Assembly (NCBI GenBank): GCA_963681965.1
Contig: OY820579.1
Span: forward strand, 1,632,001 to 1,696,000
Direction: 5' to 3'
DNA: 64,000 nucleotides
Origin: a bacterium
GTDB taxonomy: Bacteria > Electryoneota > JAOADG01
In this document: in pieces, positions 39,116-49,021 of the stretch
How positions within the stretch are numbered: position 1 is the first letter of the stretch
How the letters are laid out: each line of letters starts with the position of its first letter
Made by a program: the position numbers and the translations under genes
The notes under the pieces: model-generated
What the model saw: the letters and a program-made list of their open reading frames with translations, nothing else
Told to the model about the DNA's origin: nothing
The model's database searches: none

Positions 39116-41178
39116 GATTCTGGTGGATTGTCTAATATAGATTTTAAAAGCGTTCGGATATTAAACTCGTGTCGAATGTAATGTAAACTGTCTTGAAGCA
39201 TTAGCAGTTGTGCTTCCCGATCACATTGACCGATTGTCAGTCCACCTAAGAACTTTTCGCTAATGTGGTATAGAAGTACTGAATAGATTATTCCTCTACC
39301 ACTTGGCGGAAGCCCGTTATTGTATAGAAGTTCCTTAGCAATTTCAAGAAGTTGGTCACCGATTTCTGTTTGTCGCTGTTTGATCGAGAGCGTTTCCTTA
39401 GGAGTGTTAAAAAGATCATTAGAGGTACTTTCACTCTCCGAATAGACAGTAGATGTGACAAAGCCCGTTCCAGTTAAATCACGTTCACTTTCACCCGACC
39501 GAACCTCATTAGTTACCGAAATATATTGACGGGGGTATTCAATGGCGTGTAAGTAATCCTGCCAACTCCCTACGAAGGTTCTATCCTCGTCTTCGATAAT
39601 ATCAGGTAATTCGATTTCTTCTTCTTCCTCCTCAAGTACTGGTTCGGGTGTAATGATTGAATCGTCAGTTTCCTCCACAGTTTCGGGATTCCCTTCGTCA
39701 AGGTCGAGTGTCTCGGTCGCTCCAACATTCTCTTTTACATAAGCGTCAATTACCTTCCAAAGCCACCCGTGGTTAAGTTTCGGATGATCAACAACAACTA
39801 GACGTTCCTTTTCCTCCATATCTAAAGGAAACATTCGTCTCAGACCGCGCCCGATTACTTGTTGTCCGTATACCGGAGAGGAAAACTTGCGTAACAAAGC
39901 AATCACTGACACCGATCGAACGTCCCAACCTTCGCGTAACATCAGTACACTAACTACAGCATCGTAATTATTCTCGTCTTTCGGTGAACCGATTGTCATA
40001 GCGACACGTAATTCTTCCTTACGTTGTTCCGGGCTAATATCCGTTTCATCATCATCCTTTGAGGCAATGACAAAGGTATTCAAATGATGTTCCTCATCAA
40101 GGACTCGCTTTGCATTGTAAGCGTCTTTGATACTTACAGCGACCACAAAGAGAATCGGCTTGTATCTATCCTTTGCTCTTAATTTTTGCTCTTCAAGCCG
40201 CCTTACCGCCAGTTCCAATTGTTGTCGGAGTGGTTTGGGACTGGTTACCCACTTTGTAGCAGGAATTCGTTTGGCTTCAATTTCCTCCCACGGTATATCT
40301 TCCACTTTAACGACCGCTCCGGTTTCAGTATCGGTATAAGTCAGTTCCACAGTTTTTATATTCGGTTGACAAACATAAATTGTCTTTACGATACCGTCTT
40401 TTACGGCTTGTTTTATCCCGTATTCATAGATCATGCGACTACGAGGGTTTTCTTTGTCGGCGCGGTCTGGAGTCGCTGTAGTATCTACCCGTAGAAATGT
40501 TTTACCGGATTGTGAAAGAGAGTCAAGCAGTTCATCATACTTAGGCGCTACAGTATTGTGAGCTTCGTCATTGAACACAGCAATTCGCCCGGTGTGGTTC
40601 ATAATGACTGCGAAATTCTCAGCGCCTTGGTCACTAGAGGTATAGAGTTGGTGAATGTTACAAAGGGTTATCGAAGCATTTCGGATACCGGCACTACCTG
40701 AACCAGACTCCAATACATGGAGCACCATATCGTGAACAAAGTGAGCGTATTCCGGGGGAAAGAACTGGAACCGTTTCCACACGGAATCGTCACGATCCGG
40801 TTTTTCAAAGTCCTGTCGGAGCCGTTCTCTAACTATAGTATTCGGAGTAATGACGAGGAAAGCTCGAATCTCGTGACAAACCCGCAAATACGCCATCAGC
40901 GCCGCTATGATTGCAGTTTTACCGCCTCCGGTTACCACATTGAGGAGTAAATCCTTCCACCCTCGATCAACAGGTTTCAGGAATTCGTTGGCGAAAACAG
41001 TTCGAAGGAACGCTTCGGATTGATGTTTCCACAGTATTGGATGGTCTGCTGTCGTTGTTTCCAAAGCTAGGTGAGACAGGAAATCACGGACAATATCCGA
41101 GGTTTCGGGAGTACGAAAGCCGGATGTTACCCATGCTTGATAAGTTCGTAAATGCGAAGCCGTGAAGCTATTAAACAA
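39112..41178 (-). CDS. Type III restriction Res-like SF2 helicase with no C-terminal nuclease domain
   Basis: TGGGKT, NDEAHN, TATP, LREGWDV, QVIGRGLR; ends in an acidic linker and helical region with no PD..EXK. Confidence 0.85.
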   Translation of the reverse strand: MFNSFTASHLRTYQAWVTSGFRTPETSDIVRDFLSHLALETTTADHPILWKHQSEAFLRTVFANEFLKPVDRGWKDLLLNVVTGGGKTAIIAALMAYLRVCHEIRAFLVITPNTIVRERLRQDFEKPDRDDSVWKRFQFFPPEYAHFVHDMVLHVLESGSGSAGIRNASITLCNIHQLYTSSDQGAENFAVIMNHTGRIAVFNDEAHNTVAPKYDELLDSLSQSGKTFLRVDTTATPDRADKENPRSRMIYEYGIKQAVKDGIVKTIYVCQPNIKTVELTYTDTETGAVVKVEDIPWEEIEAKRIPATKWVTSPKPLRQQLELAVRRLEEQKLRAKDRYKPILFVVAVSIKDAYNAKRVLDEEHHLNTFVIASKDDDETDISPEQRKEELRVAMTIGSPKDENNYDAVVSVLMLREGWDVRSVSVIALLRKFSSPVYGQQVIGRGLRRMFPLDMEEKERLVVVDHPKLNHGWLWKVIDAYVKENVGATETLDLDEGNPETVEETDDSIITPEPVLEEEEEEIELPDIIEDEDRTFVGSWQDYLHAIEYPRQYISVTNEVRSGESERDLTGTGFVTSTVYSESESTSNDLFNTPKETLSIKQRQTEIGDQLLEIAKELLYNNGLPPSGRGIIYSVLLYHISEKFLGGLTIGQCDREAQLLMLQDSLHYIRHEFNIRTLLKSILDNPPES

Positions 41179-41187
41179 GGCAAACTC

Positions 41188-43326
41188 CTAGTGTACTTTG
41201 AGTACTTGGATTTTAATACCCTCACCACCAAGATCATCTTGAACCCGGCAAGCGATACTAACAGGTGTTCCGGGTTCCAGATCCTCGAAGGTGTATTCCA
41301 CAGTCAGCTCACCTTCAAAGCCACGCTCACCTTTGCCTTTCTTTTCTTTCCGACAAAGTTGAAACCCTTGTGTCGCTGAGAAGATTCCACCTCGGAAATC
41401 AAAGTCCCATTGCACATTGATTATCTTACCACCCATAACCGAACGTGCCTCCGATACATCGAAGCGATATTTCATGGTGCTTAAACGGGTTACACCAATT
41501 CTGGGAATTTCTGGAGGCAAGATAAAACGGAAGAAATCCTTGTACTTATCGTGTTTTTTCGTGACATGCTTCTTTAGTTCTTCGCCATCCAAAGACCACA
41601 ATTGAAGTTTGATGAACTGAATCGGTTTTTGTTTGCCCATTGCAACAAGTTTGTCGGCATAAGCCCGGGCACTCGGTAGAATAGTCCAACCAATCATAAC
41701 AGCTTGCCGTTCTTCCTGTCTACGGCTTTTCATCACAGCGCTTGCAAAGCCCTTTACGTCATTTGCATTAATCGCGTCCGTTTCCTTTACTCCACCGATC
41801 CAGAGTAATTCTCTCCCTTTCACGCCATGAATATTCGAGTCGGAACCAGTCCACTTCCGAGCACCATAACAAGCTAGAACAAACGCCCGGAATTCATCGT
41901 CACTCAGCTTTGTAAGTCGATCGATCTCGTAGATACCCCAATGCTCTACTGAGTAACCAGTATCCCGTAGGATTGAGGATTCTACAGCTTTCTTCTTAGA
42001 CGCCTCGACACTTGAAAGTGTAGGGTCTTCGATAATAAGACCTAATGGAGTAGAAAGTGTTTCTTCCTTCACTTTCTTTTTGGTTCGTTTTATATCTTGA
42101 AGTGAAGGAGCTAGAAGGCGTGCAATTCGGTCGGCAGTAAGAGCCACAGCCACACGGGATATATCACTTCCGATCCAACGTCTCCCGAGTCGGTGAGCAA
42201 CGGCGCAAGTTGCACCTCCGCCACAGAAGAAATCGGCAACAACATCATTTCTGTCTGTCGTTGCATTGATGATTCTTTCTAAGAGTTGCTCCGGTTTCTG
42301 AGTGGGGTAACCGATTTTTTCAATTGCTTGTGAATTTACTGGAGGTATGTCAATCCAGATCGATCCGACAGGAATCCCTTTAGATTCATCGAGATATCTT
42401 TTATAGGAAGGTTGACCATTTTTTGTAAATACTATACGACCATTTTTTAAGTATTCATCTATTGTCTCTTGTGTCCACTGCCAATGTCTACCAGTGGGTG
42501 GGCTTAAAAGTTGACCATTAAACAATCTAGCTGTTCCTTGTCCCGCTGCAGTAGCATCACCTAATCGGAACCTACGACCATCCGGATCTTCACCCGTATA
42601 ATGACTATCAACATATTTTGAAGTATGTTCACTGTATTGAGGATTGTGTTTTGGCTGTTTCGAATTGGAGTATAAGAAAATTATATCGTGAATATTTGCG
42701 AATCTTCTAGCGTCGCCGTGGATTGAAACTCTTTGCCAAACGATCTCGGTTATGAAATTGTCGTAACCGAATATTTTATCTAGTTCACATTTGACATAAT
42801 GACTCGCATGCCAATCAAGATGAACGTAAATGCTTCCAGTTGATTTGAGAAGCCGTTTCATCTCGTAGAGACGTGTATTCAACCAAATCAAGTAACCGGG
42901 CATTCCCCCTTCCCAGATATCCGAGAATGAACGAATTTCGTTTTTGTCGCCGAAAATGATATTGTAGTTTCGACCGGAAAAGAACGGAGGGTCAATGTAG
43001 ATAAGATCGATGGACTCACTGGGAAGCATTCTCATGACATGAAGATTGTCACCAAAAAAGAGCCGGTTACGACCTTGAGGAAATAGTTCATTAACTTTAC
43101 CGAGGCGCTCGGCTTGGGTTTTTACCACATCTACAACTTGAAAAGGGAGTTCGATACGGGGGTAGTGGTGCTCGAAGCGCCGTTCCGGGTCGTAACCAAG
43201 GGGTATCTCTGCAACTGGTACATGACCGAAGCGAGCCGGAATTTTGAAGAAACCTTTTTGTTCAGGTATCTCTACTGGTGAGATTATAGGTTGTTCCGGG
43301 ACTTCATCATCTAGGGGAGCCGACAT
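41188..43326 (-). CDS. Beta-class N6/N4 DNA methyltransferase (Type III Mod-like) with long C-terminal extension
   Basis: GDNL, IYIDPPF, YPTQKPE, DFFCGGG; likely start MSAPLDD at 43326. Confidence 0.92.
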   Translation of the reverse strand: MSAPLDDEVPEQPIISPVEIPEQKGFFKIPARFGHVPVAEIPLGYDPERRFEHHYPRIELPFQVVDVVKTQAERLGKVNELFPQGRNRLFFGDNLHVMRMLPSESIDLIYIDPPFFSGRNYNIIFGDKNEIRSFSDIWEGGMPGYLIWLNTRLYEMKRLLKSTGSIYVHLDWHASHYVKCELDKIFGYDNFITEIVWQRVSIHGDARRFANIHDIIFLYSNSKQPKHNPQYSEHTSKYVDSHYTGEDPDGRRFRLGDATAAGQGTARLFNGQLLSPPTGRHWQWTQETIDEYLKNGRIVFTKNGQPSYKRYLDESKGIPVGSIWIDIPPVNSQAIEKIGYPTQKPEQLLERIINATTDRNDVVADFFCGGGATCAVAHRLGRRWIGSDISRVAVALTADRIARLLAPSLQDIKRTKKKVKEETLSTPLGLIIEDPTLSSVEASKKKAVESSILRDTGYSVEHWGIYEIDRLTKLSDDEFRAFVLACYGARKWTGSDSNIHGVKGRELLWIGGVKETDAINANDVKGFASAVMKSRRQEERQAVMIGWTILPSARAYADKLVAMGKQKPIQFIKLQLWSLDGEELKKHVTKKHDKYKDFFRFILPPEIPRIGVTRLSTMKYRFDVSEARSVMGGKIINVQWDFDFRGGIFSATQGFQLCRKEKKGKGERGFEGELTVEYTFEDLEPGTPVSIACRVQDDLGGEGIKIQVLKVH

Positions 43327-43447
43327 TTTTAACCTCTGTGGTCTATGATGAATCAATATACAATAGGTTTCTATTCGATCCTTACAAACAAGTAACAATT
43401 TGTATTCTTCGCTTTATCAATCCCCCTACCCCTAAAATAATGCAATT

Positions 43448-43810
43448 CTAGTACCGACGGTACGAGCGGCGCGGGGGTTCTTTCACGCTAAATTCACGAC
43501 CGGAAGCGATCAAGAATAATATTTTGCTAATGGTCGGATCATCGGAACGATTCGCGATCCGCTTGGTCATCCATTCTGGAAGTGTCCCTTTTATTCGACA
43601 GACCTTCAACTGGTTCAGGTTAATCGAACGGGATAACGAATCTATCAACCACACTGGACAATCACAGACACCACGTTCCACAGAAGAGATGAATTGCTGC
43701 GTTACTTCCAGCTTACGAGCGAGTTCGGCTTGAGTGTAACCGTGATCGATTCTCGCTTTCCGAATCTCTTTCCCGATAAGTTCCCGTGTCGTTTGATCCT
43801 CGGTATCCAT
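43448..43810 (-). CDS. XRE-family helix-turn-helix regulator
   Basis: IRKARIDHGYTQAELARKLEVTQQFISSVERG. Confidence 0.88.
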   Translation of the reverse strand: MDTEDQTTRELIGKEIRKARIDHGYTQAELARKLEVTQQFISSVERGVCDCPVWLIDSLSRSINLNQLKVCRIKGTLPEWMTKRIANRSDDPTISKILFLIASGREFSVKEPPRRSYRRY

Positions 43811-43960
43811 GCTCTACCCCCTACCACAGTTGAAGTTCACCCTACCTAACAACCAATGAAGGATGAAGGATTCTCGCCCGAATTTCATTAGCACTTTATA
43901 TACCCATTTAAAAAATCCGATGAAAAATAGGTCTAAATCCATCATCCTTCACACTGCTTA

Positions 43961-46327
43961 TCAGGTTGACTGCTCCTCCGGTTTATTCAATGGTTTCAGT
44001 TGCAGACCCTTGAAGTAAATACCATCGGCTCTCTTGACCTTGGTGAACCCGTTGATCCTGACCAGACTCATCGAGAATGATTTCGGAGATATGCAAATCT
44101 CACCTTCACCGTACTCAGACTTCCACCATTCTTGAAAAGCAGCAAATAGATCAGCATGAGATACAGATCCTTGTTCGACGGTCTCACAGCATTCCTTCGT
44201 GAAACTGTAAACTTGATCGGTATCTTCCTGCCATGCCCGGGTAGCAAGTTGTACTTGTTCAGGCTCACTACCGAACCCCTTCTCGATGTGGTACTCATTC
44301 AATCCTTGAAGCGCCCACATGAGAACGCCATCCAACTCAGACTCGATGATTCTCTTGTCTAAGTCCATGATACGCTCTTGTTCAGGAATGTGAACCCGGA
44401 ACGGAATCACTCTTGCTCGATCCCAATACGCTTCATCGGCATCTCGCAATCGTGGGAGTTTATTGGTAGCGAACCAGACCTTGAACTGTGGTTTGAAGGT
44501 GAACTCGCGCTCATTCAGATTACGAGCATTGAGTGGATCGTTACCTGTTACTTGCTTGACAGCGTTCACACTCAACTGATACCCTTCATCACATTCCGAG
44601 ATGGTAACCAACCTTTTCCCATGGAGCATAGCTCGCTCTCGCTTCACTTCCAGATCTTTTCGATTGGAGGCAAAGGCTTCGAAACCGACACTCACACTGT
44701 AATCTCCAATGAGAGCCGAGATAACATTCAGGAAGGTAGATTTTCCTGTTGCCGTTTTATTGTCGAATACAAGCCACAGTTTTCGCTTGGGATTACCGCC
44801 CAAAAGCGTGTAACCGACACACTTCTGAACGTATCGAATCAGCTCTGAGTCATTGTTCAACGCATGCTTAATGAATCGTTCCCACTTTGGACACTTGGCA
44901 GAGGGATCATAGCTTCCATTGATACTCTTAGTGATATAATGTTCCCGGTCGAAATCTAATTGTACAAGCGTTCGAAGATCGATTGTACAGTTTCGGCAAG
45001 TAAGCAGGTACTCAATCTTATCGAGTTCTTCCACATTGACAGAAATATCCTCAACGACTCTGCAACTCTTTTCAATGCTAGATAGACCAGAACTCTCGTA
45101 AGCTCGTGTGACTGATTCAAGCAGTTTCTTACGTGTAGATCCGGATAAACTGCAGTATTTGCCAATCGATGATTGAACAAACAATCGCAGAGCAGAAAGT
45201 AGTACTACGTCTTCAACATGCTTCCACAGTTGACCTGTCCAGTGATACCATCGTCCTAGATTCGGTATAAATCGCCAATCCTGACCATGCGCCCCAATAA
45301 AGGCATCGGCAAACCACGCAAGCGGTAACTTCGAGCATTCATCCCAAACCTTCGGATCACGCCATTTAACCTCTTGAATCGATAGACTGGGCAAGGGAAA
45401 GTTCCCTCGATTACAAGCGCGCCTGATCGTTCGTTCCCGATAATCGCGACGTTCCCACTTATCAGCTCGGTACAATCCGGAAGCGTAAAAGACTTGCTCT
45501 ACCCAAGCTGGATCGTCTTTGATTCTAAGTAGCTTCGAACAGAGAGCAAGATCGGCTCGGCTTTCATCGAAATCGTAACGATCAGAGTTCCCTTCCCAGA
45601 GTTCGGTAAATATCTCATCCCGATCTATTGCACGTTGAATAATTCGCTCATCCTGTTCAGAGAGCTTGCGTGGTGTCGCTGTATTCACTTCTGAATGCCA
45701 CTCTACCGACTCGACAATGCTCTCAGTGAAATACTTACTGTGGAGAGTGTCGATTGCCTCCTGACGGGATTCTAGCGTTTTCGGGGTTCCTTCGAGATGA
45801 TTACCCGTTACAATAAAGAAACGACCGGTATCGTAGAACTCAATATCTTTGAAGCCGTATTCTTCCATTCCGTGTTTGTGACTAGTCTTCGTCAATTCAC
45901 CCTTGACTAGAATGTGGAAACCCTTACCGCTCTTCGACCATTCAGTATAACTGTTGGCAGTCTTAATGATCTCCAGCGCTTCGGGGACGATCTCACCGGT
46001 ATCATCCACGCACTTATCAAGATCGATACCGGTTATTCCACACTCTTTAGTAAAGACAAAGCCGATACCATCGAAACCACCTTTTTCATAGGCTCTGAGT
46101 ACTTCAGCATAAGGTTTCCACTTCGAAGGATCATTCACTTTTGCTTTGAAGCCGTTGATTTGATAGGGTGCTTTGTTTCTGTGGAGTACCCAGTTGGGTA
46201 TCTGGGTAAGCTCTTGGGGAATTGGGAGTTGTTGAAAATCAGGTTGTTGTTGATATTTTTCAGAATTTTGGGGATCCCCTCTTGCTTTTGTAGGAGTATC
46301 CACCTTACTTTGTTTTAAGGTTTTCAT
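43961..46327 (-). CDS. Primase-polymerase fused to a D5/SF3 helicase (P4-family / NrS-1-like)
   Basis: GIDLD, EWSKSGKGFHI, EFYDTGRF, DESRADLALC; helicase TGKST, KQVTGND, ATNKLP, YWDR. Confidence 0.9.
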   Translation of the reverse strand: MKTLKQSKVDTPTKARGDPQNSEKYQQQPDFQQLPIPQELTQIPNWVLHRNKAPYQINGFKAKVNDPSKWKPYAEVLRAYEKGGFDGIGFVFTKECGITGIDLDKCVDDTGEIVPEALEIIKTANSYTEWSKSGKGFHILVKGELTKTSHKHGMEEYGFKDIEFYDTGRFFIVTGNHLEGTPKTLESRQEAIDTLHSKYFTESIVESVEWHSEVNTATPRKLSEQDERIIQRAIDRDEIFTELWEGNSDRYDFDESRADLALCSKLLRIKDDPAWVEQVFYASGLYRADKWERRDYRERTIRRACNRGNFPLPSLSIQEVKWRDPKVWDECSKLPLAWFADAFIGAHGQDWRFIPNLGRWYHWTGQLWKHVEDVVLLSALRLFVQSSIGKYCSLSGSTRKKLLESVTRAYESSGLSSIEKSCRVVEDISVNVEELDKIEYLLTCRNCTIDLRTLVQLDFDREHYITKSINGSYDPSAKCPKWERFIKHALNNDSELIRYVQKCVGYTLLGGNPKRKLWLVFDNKTATGKSTFLNVISALIGDYSVSVGFEAFASNRKDLEVKRERAMLHGKRLVTISECDEGYQLSVNAVKQVTGNDPLNARNLNEREFTFKPQFKVWFATNKLPRLRDADEAYWDRARVIPFRVHIPEQERIMDLDKRIIESELDGVLMWALQGLNEYHIEKGFGSEPEQVQLATRAWQEDTDQVYSFTKECCETVEQGSVSHADLFAAFQEWWKSEYGEGEICISPKSFSMSLVRINGFTKVKRADGIYFKGLQLKPLNKPEEQST

Positions 46328-46931
46328 TAGAGTGCACCTCTTTTAGATGACCTTGCGTATGCTCATGGTGTGACAGCACTGTGAGCATTTTTTTCGGCTA
46401 ATCCATTCGAATTGAATTACACCGAAACGAATTACTTTTGTCGATTCAACGACAATCCAAATATAAGGAATATATTTGGAAAATCCAATATATTATTTGC
46501 TTATAAAGTCAATTTTGAGTGATCGTATCGCTTTGAATTATAGTCGAATATAATATTCATATTGATATTAGGATTGGTTGTGAAAATTATTGATTGGCGC
46601 GGTCTATAGGTATCAATTGCAAGATCACAAACAGATTTTTGCACTAAATTGTGACTAGAAAAATACAACTCTTTTCTACTGACTCTCGGAGAGTTTCCAC
46701 GTTCAGAGGTCAGTATTTATCGGGGTGTGTTCTTGTTCGAGTAATCTGACTATTGACAAACTATGCGATTTCCGGGGGGAGATCAAGTCACCAAGATACA
46801 TCGGTAAGTTTGCATTTACTTTTCAAGATAATCGAACAATCGAGGAAGAGTATATCGGTGAATGGCGGGGATAGCTTTCTGTGTAAATTGGAAATGTATC
46901 ATTTCATGTACGTTTGTAGAGAGGATTCGAA

Positions 46932-47144
46932 ATGGGAGTAGTTAATTTTCTTTCCGATAAATCGGGACGTGTTTGGGCAGTACCCACCTCACCTGAAAAA
47001 TCACCTTGGGTTCTTTCCGATCCCAAAGGTGGTAATTGGACTGAAGCACCTCGTTCCAAAGTACCAGAAAAGTTGGTTCCATTAGACTCTAGTGGTACAA
47101 CTGAAGCAACACGTTCATTTGTAGCATACGGATTGCGTTCGTAA
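46932..47144 (+). CDS. Small hypothetical protein (70 aa)
   Basis: ATG preceded by GAGAGGA; the only plausible ORF at the right end of the element. Confidence 0.45.
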   Translation: MGVVNFLSDKSGRVWAVPTSPEKSPWVLSDPKGGNWTEAPRSKVPEKLVPLDSSGTTEATRSFVAYGLRS

Positions 47145-47394
47145 ATGTCTTTCCATCCAGTTTCTGATCAAGGATAATTTATTTGACCAAATTCTCGTTG
47201 AGTAAATTCTCGGTAATCGATACCCCAAAATGAATCCCAACCTCCCTCTTGACTTTGACTCGGGAATTTTCGAGATTAGTGCTAACGGTTCGCACCCAAA
47301 ATTCATCGATACCGTTAGCAGTTGTCGCTAAAAAAATCTCTGGAAATCGTTAATTATCAGTAGCTAAGAGGGTGTATCAGCGCTGGCGAATCAA

Positions 47395-47440
47395 AGACTG
47401 TGGATCTGGAGGTCGAGGGTTCAAGTCTCTCCCCCAGTAC
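47395..47440 (+). repeat. attR core (46 bp duplicate of tRNA-His 3' half)
   Basis: Identical to 35869-35914. Confidence 0.95.
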
Positions 47441-47441
47441 G

Positions 47442-47480
47442 AAAAAACGGTATTCCCGATTTGGGGATACCGTTTTTTTT
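47442..47480. terminator. Bidirectional terminator, probably the original tRNA-His terminator
   Basis: A tract-CGGTATTCC-cgatttg-GGGATACCG-T tract directly after attR. Confidence 0.85.
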
Positions 47481-47503
47481 ATTAACTGCCGATATTGCCT
47501 CGA

Positions 47504-48994
47504 TTATTTCGCGAGGATGATTTTCCGCTTTGAAGTAAATTCGCTAGTCGTCAATCGGAGGAAGTAGATCCCGGACGGTTGGTCAAATGCATTCCATGAT
47601 ATTTGTTTCGAACCCGCTTCCTGAGATTCGTCGATTAGCGTCGCAACAATTCGCCCAAGAAGATCGCAAATGGTGATTTTGACCTTCCCTGGTTTCGCAA
47701 TTGAATAGGTTATGTGCGTTGTGGCATTGAAGGGATTCGGATAATTGGATAAAGCGTACTGCGAAACAATCGATGCCGATGGATCGACGATGAATGATGC
47801 CTGCCGACCAATTCCGGTCAAATTTAACGTAAAGACGCTATCAGAAGCATTGTGATGAAAACCGAATAATCCCGATCGCACACCGGTATCCGTCGGAGCG
47901 AATGTGAGAGTGACATTCGCATGACTACCGGCAGCAATCGATGGTGGAAGCGAATCGCATCGGAAGTCCCCGGTAATCGATCCCGCGTTCAGCAATAGCA
48001 CACCTTCGCCGTAATTCGATAGTCGAATCGTGTATTCGATCGAATCACCAATGACCGTAGATCCGAAATTCAATGGATCAGAAAGCACGGCACCGTTCAC
48101 ATCCGACACATCGAAAAGAGGGAGGGGAGGAGGTAGACCGGTTCCTACCAAATTCAGCACAAAGGGACTACCGGGTGCATTTGTGACAAAACCAAAAAAT
48201 CCATCTCACCGAATCGACTCGGCTGGTCGGAATGTCAACGTCACATCCAGATGATCACCGGGAGCAAGCGGACTAGTTATAGCTGAATGATGGAAATCAA
48301 CGGAAATAGTGTCATTCGAGATCGTCAACGCAGCATTTCCGGCATTGGTAAAACGGATCGTGTGATTGACATCAGAACCAATTCGTACCGACCCGAAATT
48401 CACCGGAGTAACAAGCGCGCTGTCGTTGGTTTCAGTGACAATCAAAGCGGGTGAGTTGATGGGGTTACAGATCTGCCAATTAGGGGTAGAAGAATTCGGG
48501 TTGACATGCACATCCCAGATCGAGCCGTCAATCATTGGAGCGAGATACTGACCACCGTCAACATAATGCGAACCGACCGGGAATGGATACGTTGCTCCTA
48601 CATTCACATCTGCCCAGACACGGAAATAGAAATTTTGACCGCCAATCAGAGTAGTATGGGGCGGATTGACTATGATCGAGTTGGTTAAAAAAAGCGCAAA
48701 CAAACCGTCGGCTTCTGTACTTCCACCGACTTGCCAAATAGAGTTGATGACATCTCCGTTACTCGGCGCTCCACGCAAATCGCCAGACATGATTGGGGGG
48801 TGTAGATTATCGTTATTAGGACGGATGATCTGGATCAATCGCCCTTGCGGAACAGGATTATCGTGATACATGATCGTATATAGAATTTCGCCGTTGATAT
48901 CGAAAGTCGCGAAATCGAAACCAACCGGTTGCGCCAAGACCGATCCAATCAGTATCTATTAATTGATCGCAATCAACAACAGGATCTTTTTCAT
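47504..48994 (-). pseudogene. Secreted paralogue 3 (shared N-domain, 2 ASH-type Ig domains, T9SS-type CTD) interrupted by three in-frame stops
   Basis: AGGAGG then ATG at 48994; TAA-TAG at 48961-48956 and TGA at 48208-48206 are all in one frame joining ORFs 48206-48937 and 47504-48160. Confidence 0.85.
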
Positions 48995-49021
48995 CGTTCC
49001 TCCTGGTCCGTGACAATCCAC

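Larger units (their letters stand above)
35869..47440. mobile_element. Integrative element (11.6 kb) in tRNA-His: integrase, primase-helicase and defence-like cargo
   Basis: 46-bp direct repeat of the tRNA 3' half at both ends; integrase next to attL; the tRNA terminator lies after attR. Confidence 0.95.

Noticed and set aside
35869-47440. Complete prophage
   Set aside because: No structural, packaging or lysis genes.
47395-47440. Second tRNA-His gene
   Set aside because: Lacks the 5' acceptor strand and D arm; it is attR.
48206-48208. Selenocysteine or stop-codon reassignment
   Set aside because: The position corresponds to Arg in related repeats, the gene also has TAA and TAG, and TGA ends normal genes in the window.
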